This document shows positions 9,986 to 20,967 of a stretch of DNA of 64,000 bases, piece after piece. Both the position numbers and the translations under genes were made by a program. The notes below the pieces were generated by a model that was not told where the DNA came from, did not search any database, and was given only the letters and a program-made list of their open reading frames with translations. Every line of letters starts with the position of its first letter. Position 1 is the stretch's first letter. The stretch comes from Chamaesiphon sp. (lineage in GTDB: Bacteria > Cyanobacteriota > Cyanobacteriia > Cyanobacteriales > Chamaesiphonaceae): assembly GCA_965246715.1 (NCBI GenBank), contig CBDFFH010000021.1:1-64000 (forward strand), read 5' to 3'.

Positions 9986-10681
9986 CTATCGATAACTTTC
10001 GCGACTCTCGCGCTCTTCAGCTAGCGGGCGACTGCGACTCGGGTTGGTAGTACGACCGCGATCGATTTTATCTTTGGCCTTAGCCGCGCTGCGTTTGAGC
10101 GCATCCAGACGGGACTCGTACTGCCGTCGTTTGTTCTTTTTGGGTGTATCGTCGGCGAGTGCTTTTAAGGCACTGCCCAGACTCTTGTAGGCATTGGGGA
10201 GCGTATATCCAAAGCGGGTTGCTAGGGCGATCGCTTTCTCATCAGCATCGATTGCTTCTTTGAGGTGTCGATCGCTATTATTGCGGGCATACAACCGATA
10301 ACCCGATACGCCACATAGTCCCAGCGCGAGGACTAACAGTAATCCATCTTGCACCCACAACTCACCGACAGCGCCACCTAAACCGATCGCCAGCGCGGCC
10401 ATTTCCCAGCCATCGCGAGAAATCGTGTCATTTTGGACGCGGGCGACCTCATGCCAGAACAGGAGATTGCGTTGATCGAGTGCGAGGCGTTCCCATTTTA
10501 CTAGGTCGATCTGAATTTCAACTTGATCCTTGCCTAATTCTTCACTCCGAATCAGCGGCGGATTGACCTCAACGGTAGTTTCCACTGTCACCCAACTTTG
10601 GAGTTCCGGTGGGAGCAAACTTTTTAACCGACGCAGTTCACTCATTTCAGCGCGAGCAGAGGCAGCGGAGTAGGATGTCAT
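9986..10681 (-). CDS. Conserved cyanobacterial protein (DUF3318-like)
   Basis: ELRRLK.LLPPELQSWV, DQRNLLFWHEVAR, two transmembrane helices and ADEKAI..A.R.GY. Confidence 0.8.
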   Translation of the reverse strand: MTSYSAASARAEMSELRRLKSLLPPELQSWVTVETTVEVNPPLIRSEELGKDQVEIQIDLVKWERLALDQRNLLFWHEVARVQNDTISRDGWEMAALAIGLGGAVGELWVQDGLLLVLALGLCGVSGYRLYARNNSDRHLKEAIDADEKAIALATRFGYTLPNAYKSLGSALKALADDTPKKNKRRQYESRLDALKRSAAKAKDKIDRGRTTNPSRSRPLAEERESRESYR

Positions 10682-10907
10682 GGCGTTAATTTCGTTCGAT
10701 CGGGCTTGGTTACTATTTTAGCGAATTCCTTGCCAAATACATCAGAATATCCAATTTCACAGATTACATCCCGATTCGATCTCGATCGCACTGAATTTTA
10801 ATAATGGATGCCATCTTGGATGAGTCCGAGCGATCGGGTTCGAGTGGTTCGGCATTACAAAGAGTGCATCAGCGATTCCGATAATTTGAGTAAATTAGAG
10901 ATTCTTT

Positions 10908-11453
10908 ATGAAATACCTTTTTCTGAGCACTTTTTGTTTCGTAAGTACTATCCTAGGAGTAGCGGCTACTGCACTGGCTGACGTTAGTATTACTATGCCC
11001 ATCGAACCAACCAATCGGTCGAATTCGGTCTCTAACAGCAATAAATCTACACAACCGATCGTTGCGAATAAATTAGAATTAGAAATTTACGATCGCATCA
11101 ATAAATATCGTCAGTCCCAAAACCTGCCACCGCTGGCTTTCGATCCGATCGTGGCAGAGCAAGCGAGGGCGCATAGTCAAGACATGGCTAGGCAAAGTAT
11201 CCTCAGTCACGATGGCTTTCACGAGCGATTTGAGTCGGTTTCGGAAGCGCTATCCGTGCAGAGTGTAGCGGAAAATGTTGCGACCAATCGGGGTTACTCG
11301 CAGCCAGAGCTGATTGCAGTTCAAAGTTGGATCGAAAGTCCCGGTCACCATCACAATATCATCGGTCGTTATAATGCGACAGGGATCGGGGTCATCCAAA
11401 ATGCTAGAGGCGAATATTACTTTACGCAAATTTTCGTTCGTAAAGTTCAGTAA
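10908..11453 (+). CDS. Secreted CAP/SCP domain protein
   Basis: Signal peptide; IN.YR...LPPL, A.AHS.DMA, ENVA, W.ESPGH..NI, YFTQIF. Confidence 0.9.
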   Translation: MKYLFLSTFCFVSTILGVAATALADVSITMPIEPTNRSNSVSNSNKSTQPIVANKLELEIYDRINKYRQSQNLPPLAFDPIVAEQARAHSQDMARQSILSHDGFHERFESVSEALSVQSVAENVATNRGYSQPELIAVQSWIESPGHHHNIIGRYNATGIGVIQNARGEYYFTQIFVRKVQ

Positions 11454-11668
11454 ATTAGGGAATAGGAGACGCGATCGGGGCTATTTTATTCTCCTCTCCT
11501 TGGTATTATTTAAGATCTTTAGAGGTAGGTTTATGCAAGGATCTGGCGATATTTATAACTAATCTGCTAGCAAAACCGATCCTCCTCACGAAAATGCAAC
11601 AGCACTGGGCGCGTGAGGAGCGATCTTTGGATGCTCTATCTCTCATTCACTATCCCCTAATTCCTACC

Positions 11669-12295
11669 ATGACTGAAGATTTTCAGATTTGCGATCGAGA
11701 TTTAGATGACGCACTCACAACTAAGTATTTAGCGGCAGAATCGATCGGTGTAGATACCGAGACGATGGGCTTAAATTATGTACGCGATCGCTTGTGTTTG
11801 GTACAGTTATTTGCACCTGGGGCATTAACTGTAATTCGGATTGCCAAAGGGCAAACTGACGCTCCCAACCTCAAAAAGGTGATGGAAGCGAGCCAGATTA
11901 CCAAGATTTTTCATTACGCTAGATTTGATGTGGCTCAACTGCGCAATCGCTTGGGTATCGAAACTCACCCAATTTTTTGTACCAAAATTGCAAGTAAACT
12001 CATCCGTACTTATTCATCCCGTCACGGCTTAAAAGAATTGGTGCTGCAACTCGAGGGTGTGGAACTGGACAAAACCGCACAATCTTCGGATTGGGGGGAT
12101 GCCGAAAATCTCTCTGCCGAACAACTCCGCTATGCGGCTAATGATGTCCGCTATCTCATTAGTATGCGCGAGAAATTAATTACTAAGTTGCAACGCGAAG
12201 ATCGGTGGGAATTAGCCCAAGATTGTTTTAGCGCTTTGCCGACGATCGTTGCGCTGGATTTATTACAGTATGAGGATATTTTCTCCCACCATTAA
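11669..12295 (+). CDS. rnd: Ribonuclease D-like DEDD 3'-5' exonuclease
   Basis: VDTET.GL..RDRLCLVQ, KIFHYARFD, CTKIASKL, QSSDW, YAANDV.YL. Confidence 0.88.
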   Translation: MTEDFQICDRDLDDALTTKYLAAESIGVDTETMGLNYVRDRLCLVQLFAPGALTVIRIAKGQTDAPNLKKVMEASQITKIFHYARFDVAQLRNRLGIETHPIFCTKIASKLIRTYSSRHGLKELVLQLEGVELDKTAQSSDWGDAENLSAEQLRYAANDVRYLISMREKLITKLQREDRWELAQDCFSALPTIVALDLLQYEDIFSHH

Positions 12296-12435
12296 ATACA
12301 TCTGCTGTTTACGATCGGTTAGGTGTGAAAGTCGATCGCAAAACTCCATCGCATCGCAGCAACTAACACTTGCGACTGGTACTTCATTGACTTTAATCTC
12401 CATCCTGCGCGATCGCGCAGGACGGGGTGGTTTAC

Positions 12436-13140
12436 CTAAACAATAATTTTTACCACTCCAGTATCGAGATCGTATCGACCACCAACAATTTTTAACTTAC
12501 CCGACTGTAACCGCTCCGCCAGTACCGGAGACTTTTTCAATAGATCGATCTGATAAGCTACATTCGCTGCCATCAAATCATCCACCGGGTCTTTCGATTT
12601 AGCTTTGACCTGCTTCGCCGCTGGTAAAATGGCATCCACAAAGGTACTGATATCACCTGGGAGCGTCTTATTTTGCACGGCGGCGGTAATTGCCCCACAA
12701 CGTTCGTGACCTAGTACCATTAGTAGCGGCGTACCTAATAATGCGGCATATTCGATACTACCAATCGCTTCAGGTGTTGCAATATTCCCCGCTAGCCGGA
12801 TGTCAAAAATATCTCCTAAGCCGCGATCGAATAAAATTTCTGGCGGTACTCTAGAGTCGGCACAGCTTAAGATCGTGACAAATGGATGTTGTGCTTGAGC
12901 GACTTCGAGCAATCGCTGCTCAGAGCGAGCTGGCGACTGCAGCTGATGGCGGACGAACCGTTGATTGCCTGCCATTAATTTTTTCAGCGCGGCATCGGGA
13001 TCGAGTGCTGGTACTTCGTCAGCACGAGCATCTTTGACTGGCAAAACTAGATTACTAGCTGTGGCTAATAGACTGAATGCCCCGATCGATCCAAATTTGA
13101 GCAGGTCGCGACGACCGATGAAACCGTCTATGTGACTCAT
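12436..13140 (-). CDS. Beta-carbonic anhydrase with a Tat signal (periplasmic, EcaB-like)
   Basis: GRRDLLK twin-arginine leader; CADSRV and GHERCGA zinc ligands. Confidence 0.92.
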   Translation of the reverse strand: MSHIDGFIGRRDLLKFGSIGAFSLLATASNLVLPVKDARADEVPALDPDAALKKLMAGNQRFVRHQLQSPARSEQRLLEVAQAQHPFVTILSCADSRVPPEILFDRGLGDIFDIRLAGNIATPEAIGSIEYAALLGTPLLMVLGHERCGAITAAVQNKTLPGDISTFVDAILPAAKQVKAKSKDPVDDLMAANVAYQIDLLKKSPVLAERLQSGKLKIVGGRYDLDTGVVKIIV

Positions 13141-13249
13141 CTTGATTCTCTAAATAAATATCAGCACTAAGATCTTCCTGTAGAGATACCCATAAGGGGT
13201 ACCCCTGCAATGACAAAAATATCATCTAGATATTCAGCAACACAGCAAA

Positions 13250-13564
13250 TTACGTGCGCGATGCCACAGAATTAACCGAGTTAACTTCCATTACATCCGA
13301 GACATAACAAGTGCCACCAAATTTATTTAGCAGTGGTCGCACATTTTCGACAACAGTATCGATTCGATCGGGTCTACAAAACGCCAGAATATATACATTA
13401 TCGAGCATAGTCATATCCAAGTCTTCGCGACCTTCGCGCAATCCAGTCCCTGCGACATTGCGGATTACCGCATGACCGTGAACGCCAGATTTATCTAATT
13501 TATCTAAAATTTTGCCCAGCTCGAATGAATTGGCAATAATTTCTATCTTCTTAACCGGGTGCAT
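13250..13564 (-). CDS. sbtB: PII-like SbtB regulator
   Basis: KKIEII...L..ILD.LDK.GV.G..VIRNVAG.G; starts 7 bp after the sbtA stop. Confidence 0.85.
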   Translation of the reverse strand: MHPVKKIEIIANSFELGKILDKLDKSGVHGHAVIRNVAGTGLREGREDLDMTMLDNVYILAFCRPDRIDTVVENVRPLLNKFGGTCYVSDVMEVNSVNSVASRT

Positions 13565-13571
13565 ATAAATA

Positions 13572-14540
13572 TTACTTCCACAATAAATTAACGCCGTATA
13601 AATACAGCGGAATGCCAACAATAATATTGAATGGGAATGTCACTGCTAACGCAGTCGAAACATACAAACTGGGGTTGGCTTCGGGTACCGTCATCCGCAT
13701 GGCTGCTGGGACGGCAATATAAGAAGCACTAGCACACAAAACACAAAACAACAGTGCATTTCCTTGGGACAAGTTAATCGCTTTAGCCAGCAACAATCCA
13801 ATCCCCGCATTGACAAGTGGAATCAGTATGGCAAACGCAATTAAAAATATACCAGTTTTTTGCAAATCTTTAATTCTTTTGGCAGCAACTAATCCCATGT
13901 CGAGTAAGAAGAAGGTCAGCACGCCATAGAACATCCCTTGAGTAAAAGGTTCTAATGCCTTCCAGCCTCTCTCTCCAGTCAATACCCCGATCGCGAGGCT
14001 ACCGACTAGCAAGAAGACCGAACTATTTAGAAATGCCTCTTTAAGCACTTCTGCCCATGAAAACTCTCGCTTTTCATCAGCCGTAAATAAATTCACGAGG
14101 ATCAACCCGACAATAATTGCTGGCGACTCCATCAGTGCGAGCGCAGCTACCATATAGCCATCATAATGAATGCCGAGTTCGGTCAAGAAAGTACTTGCCG
14201 TGATAAAAGTAACCGCACTAATCGAGCCGTAAGTCGCGGCAATTGCAGCGGCATTATAATCATCCAGCTTGGTGCGGAGAATGAAAAAGGTATACAGCGG
14301 GACGAGACACGACATTAACATTGCCGCAAGCATTGTCAAGATCACTTCTTGAGTGATGCCGCTTTTAATCAGTTCTACGCCACCTTTGAACCCGATCGCA
14401 AATAGCAAATATAGCGATAAGAGCTTGGGAATCGGGATCGGAATCTCGAGATCGGATTTGACGAACACTGCAATCGTCCCCAAAAAGAAGAACAGGATCG
14501 GTGGATTTAGGATATTGGATACGATTATGTTGGCATCCAT
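13572..14540 (-). CDS. sbtA: Sodium-dependent bicarbonate transport family permease (SbtA2 type)
   Basis: About 10 transmembrane helices; KSDLEIP, YGSISAVTF, ESPAIIVG, ASASYIAVPAAMR, TFPFNI. Confidence 0.9.
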   Translation of the reverse strand: MDANIIVSNILNPPILFFFLGTIAVFVKSDLEIPIPIPKLLSLYLLFAIGFKGGVELIKSGITQEVILTMLAAMLMSCLVPLYTFFILRTKLDDYNAAAIAATYGSISAVTFITASTFLTELGIHYDGYMVAALALMESPAIIVGLILVNLFTADEKREFSWAEVLKEAFLNSSVFLLVGSLAIGVLTGERGWKALEPFTQGMFYGVLTFFLLDMGLVAAKRIKDLQKTGIFLIAFAILIPLVNAGIGLLLAKAINLSQGNALLFCVLCASASYIAVPAAMRMTVPEANPSLYVSTALAVTFPFNIIVGIPLYLYGVNLLWK

Positions 14541-14789
14541 GTCACTGCCTCCCAATCTCGATCGCGCCGACAGTTAAAAAAACTTTGCATTATTAAAGAG
14601 CTGCTGTGATGTTTAAATCGAAAATGATTAATTTAGCTACACATCAGCTTACTATTAAGATGAGCTGCTGACCAGTAATCGATCGATTTCATTCGTTATC
14701 GCTGCTAAAAAAATCAGGAAGCAGAGTTCTGCTTACTGAGAATAAAATTTTACAATTCTTAAACTAATAATTGGTATCGATCGATAAGA

Positions 14790-16730
14790 TTAGCGCAACA
14801 ATCGCAGACCGCTAAGCGTTACTAATACCGTCGATCCTTCATGTCCGAAGACACCCAATGGCATATTAATTCCACCCATAAAATTACCGATTAATAAGAG
14901 CACGATAAAAGACAGTGCGAAGGTAATATTTTGCTTGATGATACGTTGGGTGCGTTTGCCTAATTTAATCGCCTGCTCTAATTTATCCAATGAATCGGTC
15001 ATCAATACGACATCGGCTGTTTCTAAAGCCACATCGCTCCCCGCTACACCCATTGCAATTCCCACGGCAGCCGCAGCTAGTGCTGGAGCGTCATTGATGC
15101 CGTCCCCAACCATCGCGACGTATTGATATTTTGCTTGGAATTGTCTAATTAGATCGACTTTATCTTCTGGTAATAATTCAGCATGTACTTGCGTAATGCC
15201 CAATTGTTGGCCGATTGCATTAGCATTTGCCGCACCATCTCCCGTGAGCATAATTTGCACGATGCCCAATCGATCGAGTCGGCGGACTAACTCTACAGCT
15301 TCGGGGCGCAAGGTGTCTGCTAAAGCAATCGCTCCCGCTAACTCATCATCGATCGCCACCCAGACAATCGTTTTACCAGTAGCAGCTAAATCGGCTACCA
15401 AGGGTTGGTAAGTGCCAATTTTAGCACGAACTTCATCAGGCATTAATCGGGTCGTACCGACTCGAATAACTCGGTTTGCGAGCGTTCCCTTAATCCCCAA
15501 TCCGGGTATTGCCGTGATTTCGCTAGCAAGCTCGACAGCTAAATTTTGCTCCTGAATCGCGCGACCGATCGCGCGACCGATCGGATGTTCCGAACTACTT
15601 TCGACAGCAGCGGCTAGTTGGAGAATGGATTGGGGGTCGGTTTGTTGGAGTGGGATAATCTTGACTACTGCTAATTTACCTGTAGTTAACGTCCCCGTTT
15701 TATCGAAAGCAACGGCTTTAACGCGCCCGATCGTTTCTAACGTACTCCCACCCTTAAATAAAATTCCCTGTTTGGCACCATTGGCGATTCCCGATAGTAA
15801 TGTTGGCATGATGGCGGCCATCAACGCACAGGGTGAAGCGACCACTAAAAAAATCAGCGCGCGATAAATCGTCGTCTCCCAATCCCAATGCAGTAAAAAC
15901 GGCGGTAAGGTCGCGAATAATATCCCCAGCATCACAATGAGTTTGGCATAACCCCGTTCGAATCGTTCGATAAATGCTTGCGAGGCGGGGGTTTCGGTTT
16001 GTGCTTGTTGGACGAGGGCAATAATTCGCTGAATCAAGCTACTAGCTGGCGGTTTGTGGAGTTCGAGCGTGAGGGCACCATTACCATTAATCGTCCCGCC
16101 GAAGACTTCATCCCCGATCGATTTTTCAACAGGGAACGATTCGCCCGTAATCGCTGCTTGGTTGATATTACTAGCGCCTTCAACCACGATCGCATCTGTG
16201 GGAATCAATTCCCCCGGCTTGACGAGTAACACATCCCCAACTTGGAGCAGATCGATCGCGACTTGGCGTTCGCTGCCAGACACGATCGTTCGAGCCAAAT
16301 CCGGTGTCAGACTCATCAATCCGCGAATGCTCCGCTCGGTTCGCGCCATAGCATAGCCTTCTAAGGCACCGCTAATTGCAAAAATCAGAATCAACACTGC
16401 CCCATCGACGATCAATTCATAATCGTGTTTCCACCATCCCAATCCCGCCGCACCCAGTGCTGCAACGATCATCAGCAAATCGACATCGAGTTCTTTATCT
16501 TCCCACAGCGTCGTTAAACCTTCTACCGCACTACCATAACCGCCGATAATATATGCTAGAGGCAACAGACATAAGCCGAGTACTTGCCAGCTCGTAGGCG
16601 CAGCCTCCGGCGACGGGATATGTAGTGCCAACCAGCCTAAAAGTAAGAGTACCGCACAGACGGCGGCGGCGGCGGTTTCACGATGGTTTTTGAGAAGATA
16701 AGTAGGGGAAAGTAGCGATGCGCGAGCCAT
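14790..16730 (-). CDS. Heavy-metal P1B-4 ATPase (Co/Zn/Cd type)
   Basis: SPC motif (VASPCAL), DKTGT, SEHP, GDGINDAPAL and HEGST; no N-terminal metal-binding domain. Confidence 0.9.
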   Translation of the reverse strand: MARASLLSPTYLLKNHRETAAAAVCAVLLLLGWLALHIPSPEAAPTSWQVLGLCLLPLAYIIGGYGSAVEGLTTLWEDKELDVDLLMIVAALGAAGLGWWKHDYELIVDGAVLILIFAISGALEGYAMARTERSIRGLMSLTPDLARTIVSGSERQVAIDLLQVGDVLLVKPGELIPTDAIVVEGASNINQAAITGESFPVEKSIGDEVFGGTINGNGALTLELHKPPASSLIQRIIALVQQAQTETPASQAFIERFERGYAKLIVMLGILFATLPPFLLHWDWETTIYRALIFLVVASPCALMAAIMPTLLSGIANGAKQGILFKGGSTLETIGRVKAVAFDKTGTLTTGKLAVVKIIPLQQTDPQSILQLAAAVESSSEHPIGRAIGRAIQEQNLAVELASEITAIPGLGIKGTLANRVIRVGTTRLMPDEVRAKIGTYQPLVADLAATGKTIVWVAIDDELAGAIALADTLRPEAVELVRRLDRLGIVQIMLTGDGAANANAIGQQLGITQVHAELLPEDKVDLIRQFQAKYQYVAMVGDGINDAPALAAAAVGIAMGVAGSDVALETADVVLMTDSLDKLEQAIKLGKRTQRIIKQNITFALSFIVLLLIGNFMGGINMPLGVFGHEGSTVLVTLSGLRLLR

Positions 16731-16919
16731 ACTGGGGGAGTATTTATGGGACTTGTTGTTTAGATTATCAGGTTATGAGGGGGAGAGGGGGAGATGTAAA
16801 AATAGTAAATCCTCCCTAAACTCAACAACGCTCATTTGGTAACTGGGAGGAATGACAAAAATCTAATATCGATTCGACCCAGTTTTCAGTCACAATTAAC
16901 ATGAATATCTGGTGGCATC

Positions 16920-18845
16920 ATGCGATTTAAACCTTGGCAATGGGCTGTTTTGGTACTACCGATCGCGAGTATCGTTATCTTCTTACTCGTTGCGGCTGGC
17001 ACCAAAATTCACGAGTGGCAACTGAACTGGATTTGGGCGGTATTTACAGTGGCAATCCTCGGCTGGCGCTGGCTATTGGTCAAATGGACGCAACCCTCAA
17101 TCGTGCAAGTCGAAACCATTCTCGGCACAGTCAGCCAAGAACTTAAAAACTCGATCGCCGATGCCACGCCCCAAGGTAGCAATACGATCGATCTCGTAAC
17201 CACCGCCCTCCAACAAATCTTGACCGAATCGCAACTCGATCGACCGATGTGGGAAGATTGGACGACATTTTGGCAGCGGTGTCAGACATTAATCGTCGCC
17301 ATCGCCAAAATCTACCATCCTGAAGTTAAATATCCCCTGCTGAATATCTACGTCACCCAAGCCTATGGATTGATTCGGGGCACGACGGATGACATGGATG
17401 CATGGATGCAGAAATTAGCTCCTGCACTCGATCGCGTGACCATCGCGCAGACATATGAAGCCTATGAAACTTACCAAAAATTAGCTCCTTCAGCCCAAAA
17501 ACTGCTCAAAGTTTGGAACTGGGCACAATGGCTGCTCAATCCGGCTGCGGCGATCGCCAAACGTGCCACCAAACAGTCCGCTAACCTTGCCGATCGACAG
17601 CTATTGGTGAATTTGGGTCAACTGATTCGCGAAGCTGCCTTGAGCAACCTCTGTCGTCAGGCAGTGACCTTATATAGCGGCAACATCCAATCCCTAGTGC
17701 CTGTCGCTACCCCAGTGCTCGCACCGGAAAAAACCCAAACCCTCAGAGAAATTTTAGCTTCAGCCGCACCCGTTGCCGCAGTCGCGCAACAGCCGCTGAA
17801 GATCCTCCTCGTCGGACGCACTGGTGCGGGTAAAAGTAGCCTGATTAACACCCTATTCCAAGCAGAATTAGCCACTGTCGATGTTTTGCCGAGTACCGAT
17901 CGGATTCAAAATTATCACTGGCAACTCCCCTCCGGCGAAAGCTTAAATCTGTGGGATAGTCCAGGTTACGAGCAAGCCAATCGTCAAGATCTGCGCGAAC
18001 TCACATTAAATTATGCCGCTACTGCCGATCTCGTCCTTCTGATTACACCCGCACTCGATCCAGCCTTGCAAATGGATCTGGACTTTTTGCAAGCAGCGAA
18101 ACAAGCCGTGTCCGATCTGCCGATAATTACGATCGTCACGCAAGTCGATCGGTTACGTCCGTTACGGGAGTGGACACCGCCCTACGATTGGCAATTTGGT
18201 ACGCGTCCCAAGGAAGTCTCAATTCGCGAGGCGACAGCTTATCGCAATGAGTTACTCGGCGGATATTGTGATTTGGTTTTACCCATCGTTACTGGCGATG
18301 TGAATACAAGTCGCCTTGCTTGGGGGATAGATACATTATCCCTAGCATTACTCGAGACGGTCGCGCCGACAAAACAACTTCGCTTAGCGCGGTTTTTACG
18401 CGATCGTGACACCCAAATCGTAGCTGCGGCGCAAATTATCGATCGCTATACACTCCAGATGGCGACGACGCAGGGACTCACCCAACTCCTCAAAAGTCCC
18501 GTACTCCAGTTTATCTCGACGCTTACTACTGGCTCTCCAGCCCTCGCCCAAATCCTCGCGGCACAAATTCCGGTAGAGCAATTACCCGCCGTCATCGGTA
18601 AATTGCAAATGGCGTACGATTTGCATTCATTATTAAATGCGAATAAGGCTCAGCCGATTGATTTTAATCTCTTATCGCTCTGGCAATTATTACTCGATAA
18701 TTCCGCGACCCCAGATCGTAATGCTTGGGCTTTCGGTCATGCAGTTGTAGAATATTGGACGCAACAGCTAACGAGCGAACAGTTGCTAGCACGGTTTAAT
18801 TATTATCTACGCACCAGCAGCGACGATCCACGAACTGATGGATAA
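16920..18845 (+). CDS. Membrane-anchored GTPase family protein (Era/YeeP-like G domain)
   Basis: GRTGAGKSS, DSPG and TQVD; two N-terminal transmembrane helices. Confidence 0.85.
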   Translation: MRFKPWQWAVLVLPIASIVIFLLVAAGTKIHEWQLNWIWAVFTVAILGWRWLLVKWTQPSIVQVETILGTVSQELKNSIADATPQGSNTIDLVTTALQQILTESQLDRPMWEDWTTFWQRCQTLIVAIAKIYHPEVKYPLLNIYVTQAYGLIRGTTDDMDAWMQKLAPALDRVTIAQTYEAYETYQKLAPSAQKLLKVWNWAQWLLNPAAAIAKRATKQSANLADRQLLVNLGQLIREAALSNLCRQAVTLYSGNIQSLVPVATPVLAPEKTQTLREILASAAPVAAVAQQPLKILLVGRTGAGKSSLINTLFQAELATVDVLPSTDRIQNYHWQLPSGESLNLWDSPGYEQANRQDLRELTLNYAATADLVLLITPALDPALQMDLDFLQAAKQAVSDLPIITIVTQVDRLRPLREWTPPYDWQFGTRPKEVSIREATAYRNELLGGYCDLVLPIVTGDVNTSRLAWGIDTLSLALLETVAPTKQLRLARFLRDRDTQIVAAAQIIDRYTLQMATTQGLTQLLKSPVLQFISTLTTGSPALAQILAAQIPVEQLPAVIGKLQMAYDLHSLLNANKAQPIDFNLLSLWQLLLDNSATPDRNAWAFGHAVVEYWTQQLTSEQLLARFNYYLRTSSDDPRTDG

Positions 18846-18986
18846 ATATGTGAGCAGGAATCGATCGCGGAAGTCGAGTAAACGAAGTTAGAGATTTTTT
18901 CGATCGCGCGGATTAGTTTCCGGATGATTGAGTATAGTTGCTGTAAATACAGGGACAATCGTTTTTTGCGCCTGTCGATTTCTACT

Positions 18987-19514
18987 ATGCTGAAACACTT
19001 ATTACTCGCCTCAACAGCAATCGTCTACTTCGCTATTGTTGCAACGACACCCCTTCAGCTTGCAAGTGCGGCGGAGACTTCAGCATCATCGAGCGCTGAC
19101 AAATTAATTGTCAAAGACGAAAAAGTCAAAATCACTCAAGTTAATGCCACTCAATCCGATCTCAACGGCATCCGTCAAACGCTAACTCAATTTTATCGAG
19201 GCTTCAACGAACGTAGTATCGCACGGATCGCCAAGGTGGCTCCACTATCAGGTAGCAATAAACATCAAATCGAGAAACTCTTCACGCAAATTAACTCTGT
19301 TGGCGGGGATTGGAGCATCGAAGTTACTAATATTGAATTAGTTTCTTTTTCCGAGCGTAATGCGTTTATGCGGGTAGAGGAAATACATAAATTCAGTGTT
19401 GGCGGCAGAGTAAAAACGATTCCACAGTCAAATACAATTCGGTTATCCAAGCATAATGGTCGTTGGCAAGTTAACGATCTTAGTGATGCTTTAAATTCTC
19501 TCGATCGCCGCTAA
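18987..19514 (+). CDS. Secreted hypothetical protein, probably NTF2-like fold
   Basis: Signal peptide; helix followed by beta-strands ending in L.K.NGRWQV. Confidence 0.65.
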   Translation: MLKHLLLASTAIVYFAIVATTPLQLASAAETSASSSADKLIVKDEKVKITQVNATQSDLNGIRQTLTQFYRGFNERSIARIAKVAPLSGSNKHQIEKLFTQINSVGGDWSIEVTNIELVSFSERNAFMRVEEIHKFSVGGRVKTIPQSNTIRLSKHNGRWQVNDLSDALNSLDRR

Positions 19515-19756
19515 TCGTTATCGCGATACGATCGCCGGATCGATGCGATCGCGATCGCACTCAAAATTAGAATATTCCAATAATCATCACTCCGATAAAT
19601 GGCTAACAAAAAATAGTTAAATTATTTTCAATTTTTTCCGGATTTAAGTATGAAGTTATGTATATATAAATATATCAAATTGAGTGGCAATCGATTCGGC
19701 AAGTGATTTCGAGTAGCTAAATCGATTGATGCTCATATATTTTACATACATTTAAA

Positions 19757-20704
19757 ATGAAAGTATCGGCATTTAACTGGTTGTCAGGAGCGATCGCATT
19801 ACCATTATTCATTGCAATTTTAAATGATTCTACAGTTGTTAGTGCCGAACAATTAAATCGATTTAGACATCGAACTGAAGAATCCACTTCCGCAGTAACA
19901 GATTTGAATCTAGCGATTCCAGTTGAAGTGACGATCTCAACCGATAAAGAGCGTCAACGATCTGTGCTGAAGCAACCTGTCCGTAATAGCTCGGTAATTA
20001 CTAAAATATCGGCAAGTAAAGAGCGTACTAATAGAACCAAATCTAGTCTCACCAAGCCGAGATCGACCACAACTATCTTGCCATCTATCTCAATAAGTAA
20101 CGAAAGCTCGTCACAGAATAAATCCAATCGCAGTAGAGATATCGTTGTTGCCTCAGTCAGTTCTTCGCCAACTGTTACTAGAGATCGCCGCCGTCCGAAA
20201 TCTAATTTCAAACATAATCTAGCAACTGTGTCTCGTGCCCCTTTTAGCGGTAACTATCTCCGTTTAGTTAAAGATCTCGATAAAGGAAGTAACGAACTAG
20301 GTAACCCCATTTACACGCTAGAGATATATATAGACGGCGAACTCGATCGCAAGTTTAATGCCGTTTCTGGTACGACACGCAGCCAGAAAGCCGATCGAAA
20401 TATTGGAAACAACAACGCTCCACTACCCGATGGATTGTACGATGTGAGTAATTGGATTACCATGAGCAACATTCGCGAAGTAGATCGAACATTTGTCGGA
20501 ATTACTCCCAAATTCAAAACAAATCGCAACGATTTAGGTATCCATCTCGATCCGAGTTTTAATAAGCGGAATGGATACGATGGTACTTCGGGTTGCATTG
20601 GCCTAACGACACCAGAAGATCGCGATGCGATTAATAATTTTATTATCAAATATCATCCTCGCAATTTAATTGTCAACATCTCGCCAAAAGAACTGCCAGA
20701 ATAA
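19757..20704 (+). CDS. Secreted L,D-transpeptidase (YkuD-like) protein with a Ser/Thr-rich linker
   Basis: C-terminal AVSG, APLPDG.Y and LGIH...GTSGCIG His/Cys motif. Confidence 0.75.
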   Translation: MKVSAFNWLSGAIALPLFIAILNDSTVVSAEQLNRFRHRTEESTSAVTDLNLAIPVEVTISTDKERQRSVLKQPVRNSSVITKISASKERTNRTKSSLTKPRSTTTILPSISISNESSSQNKSNRSRDIVVASVSSSPTVTRDRRRPKSNFKHNLATVSRAPFSGNYLRLVKDLDKGSNELGNPIYTLEIYIDGELDRKFNAVSGTTRSQKADRNIGNNNAPLPDGLYDVSNWITMSNIREVDRTFVGITPKFKTNRNDLGIHLDPSFNKRNGYDGTSGCIGLTTPEDRDAINNFIIKYHPRNLIVNISPKELPE

Positions 20705-20808
20705 TCTATAGTTAAATACATTGTCGATCGAGACCGAATTCTCTAATTACGATGTTTTTTATGTTATTATTTAGATGAATTAGCATATTGTCTAGATTAG
20801 TTGCTGTT

Positions 20809-20961
20809 ATGGATCGCTCCAAAATTGTCGCAGTCGTTACAGGGATAATTTCTTTAGTACTAGCGATCGCATATCTCCTCGTCGTGCAAATTATCGATTT
20901 CCGTGGGGAAATGCTCCCCGCCCCAATGCTCGAGACTATTTTGTGGGGATTTGGGGTTTAG
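20809..20961 (+). CDS. Small single-transmembrane cyanobacterial protein, 50 aa (not in the ORF track)
   Basis: MDRSKIVAVVTGIISLVLAIAYLLVVQIIDFRGEMLPAPMLETILWGFGV*; ends 6 bp before panE. Confidence 0.75.
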   Translation: MDRSKIVAVVTGIISLVLAIAYLLVVQIIDFRGEMLPAPMLETILWGFGV

Positions 20962-20967
20962 GAGCGA

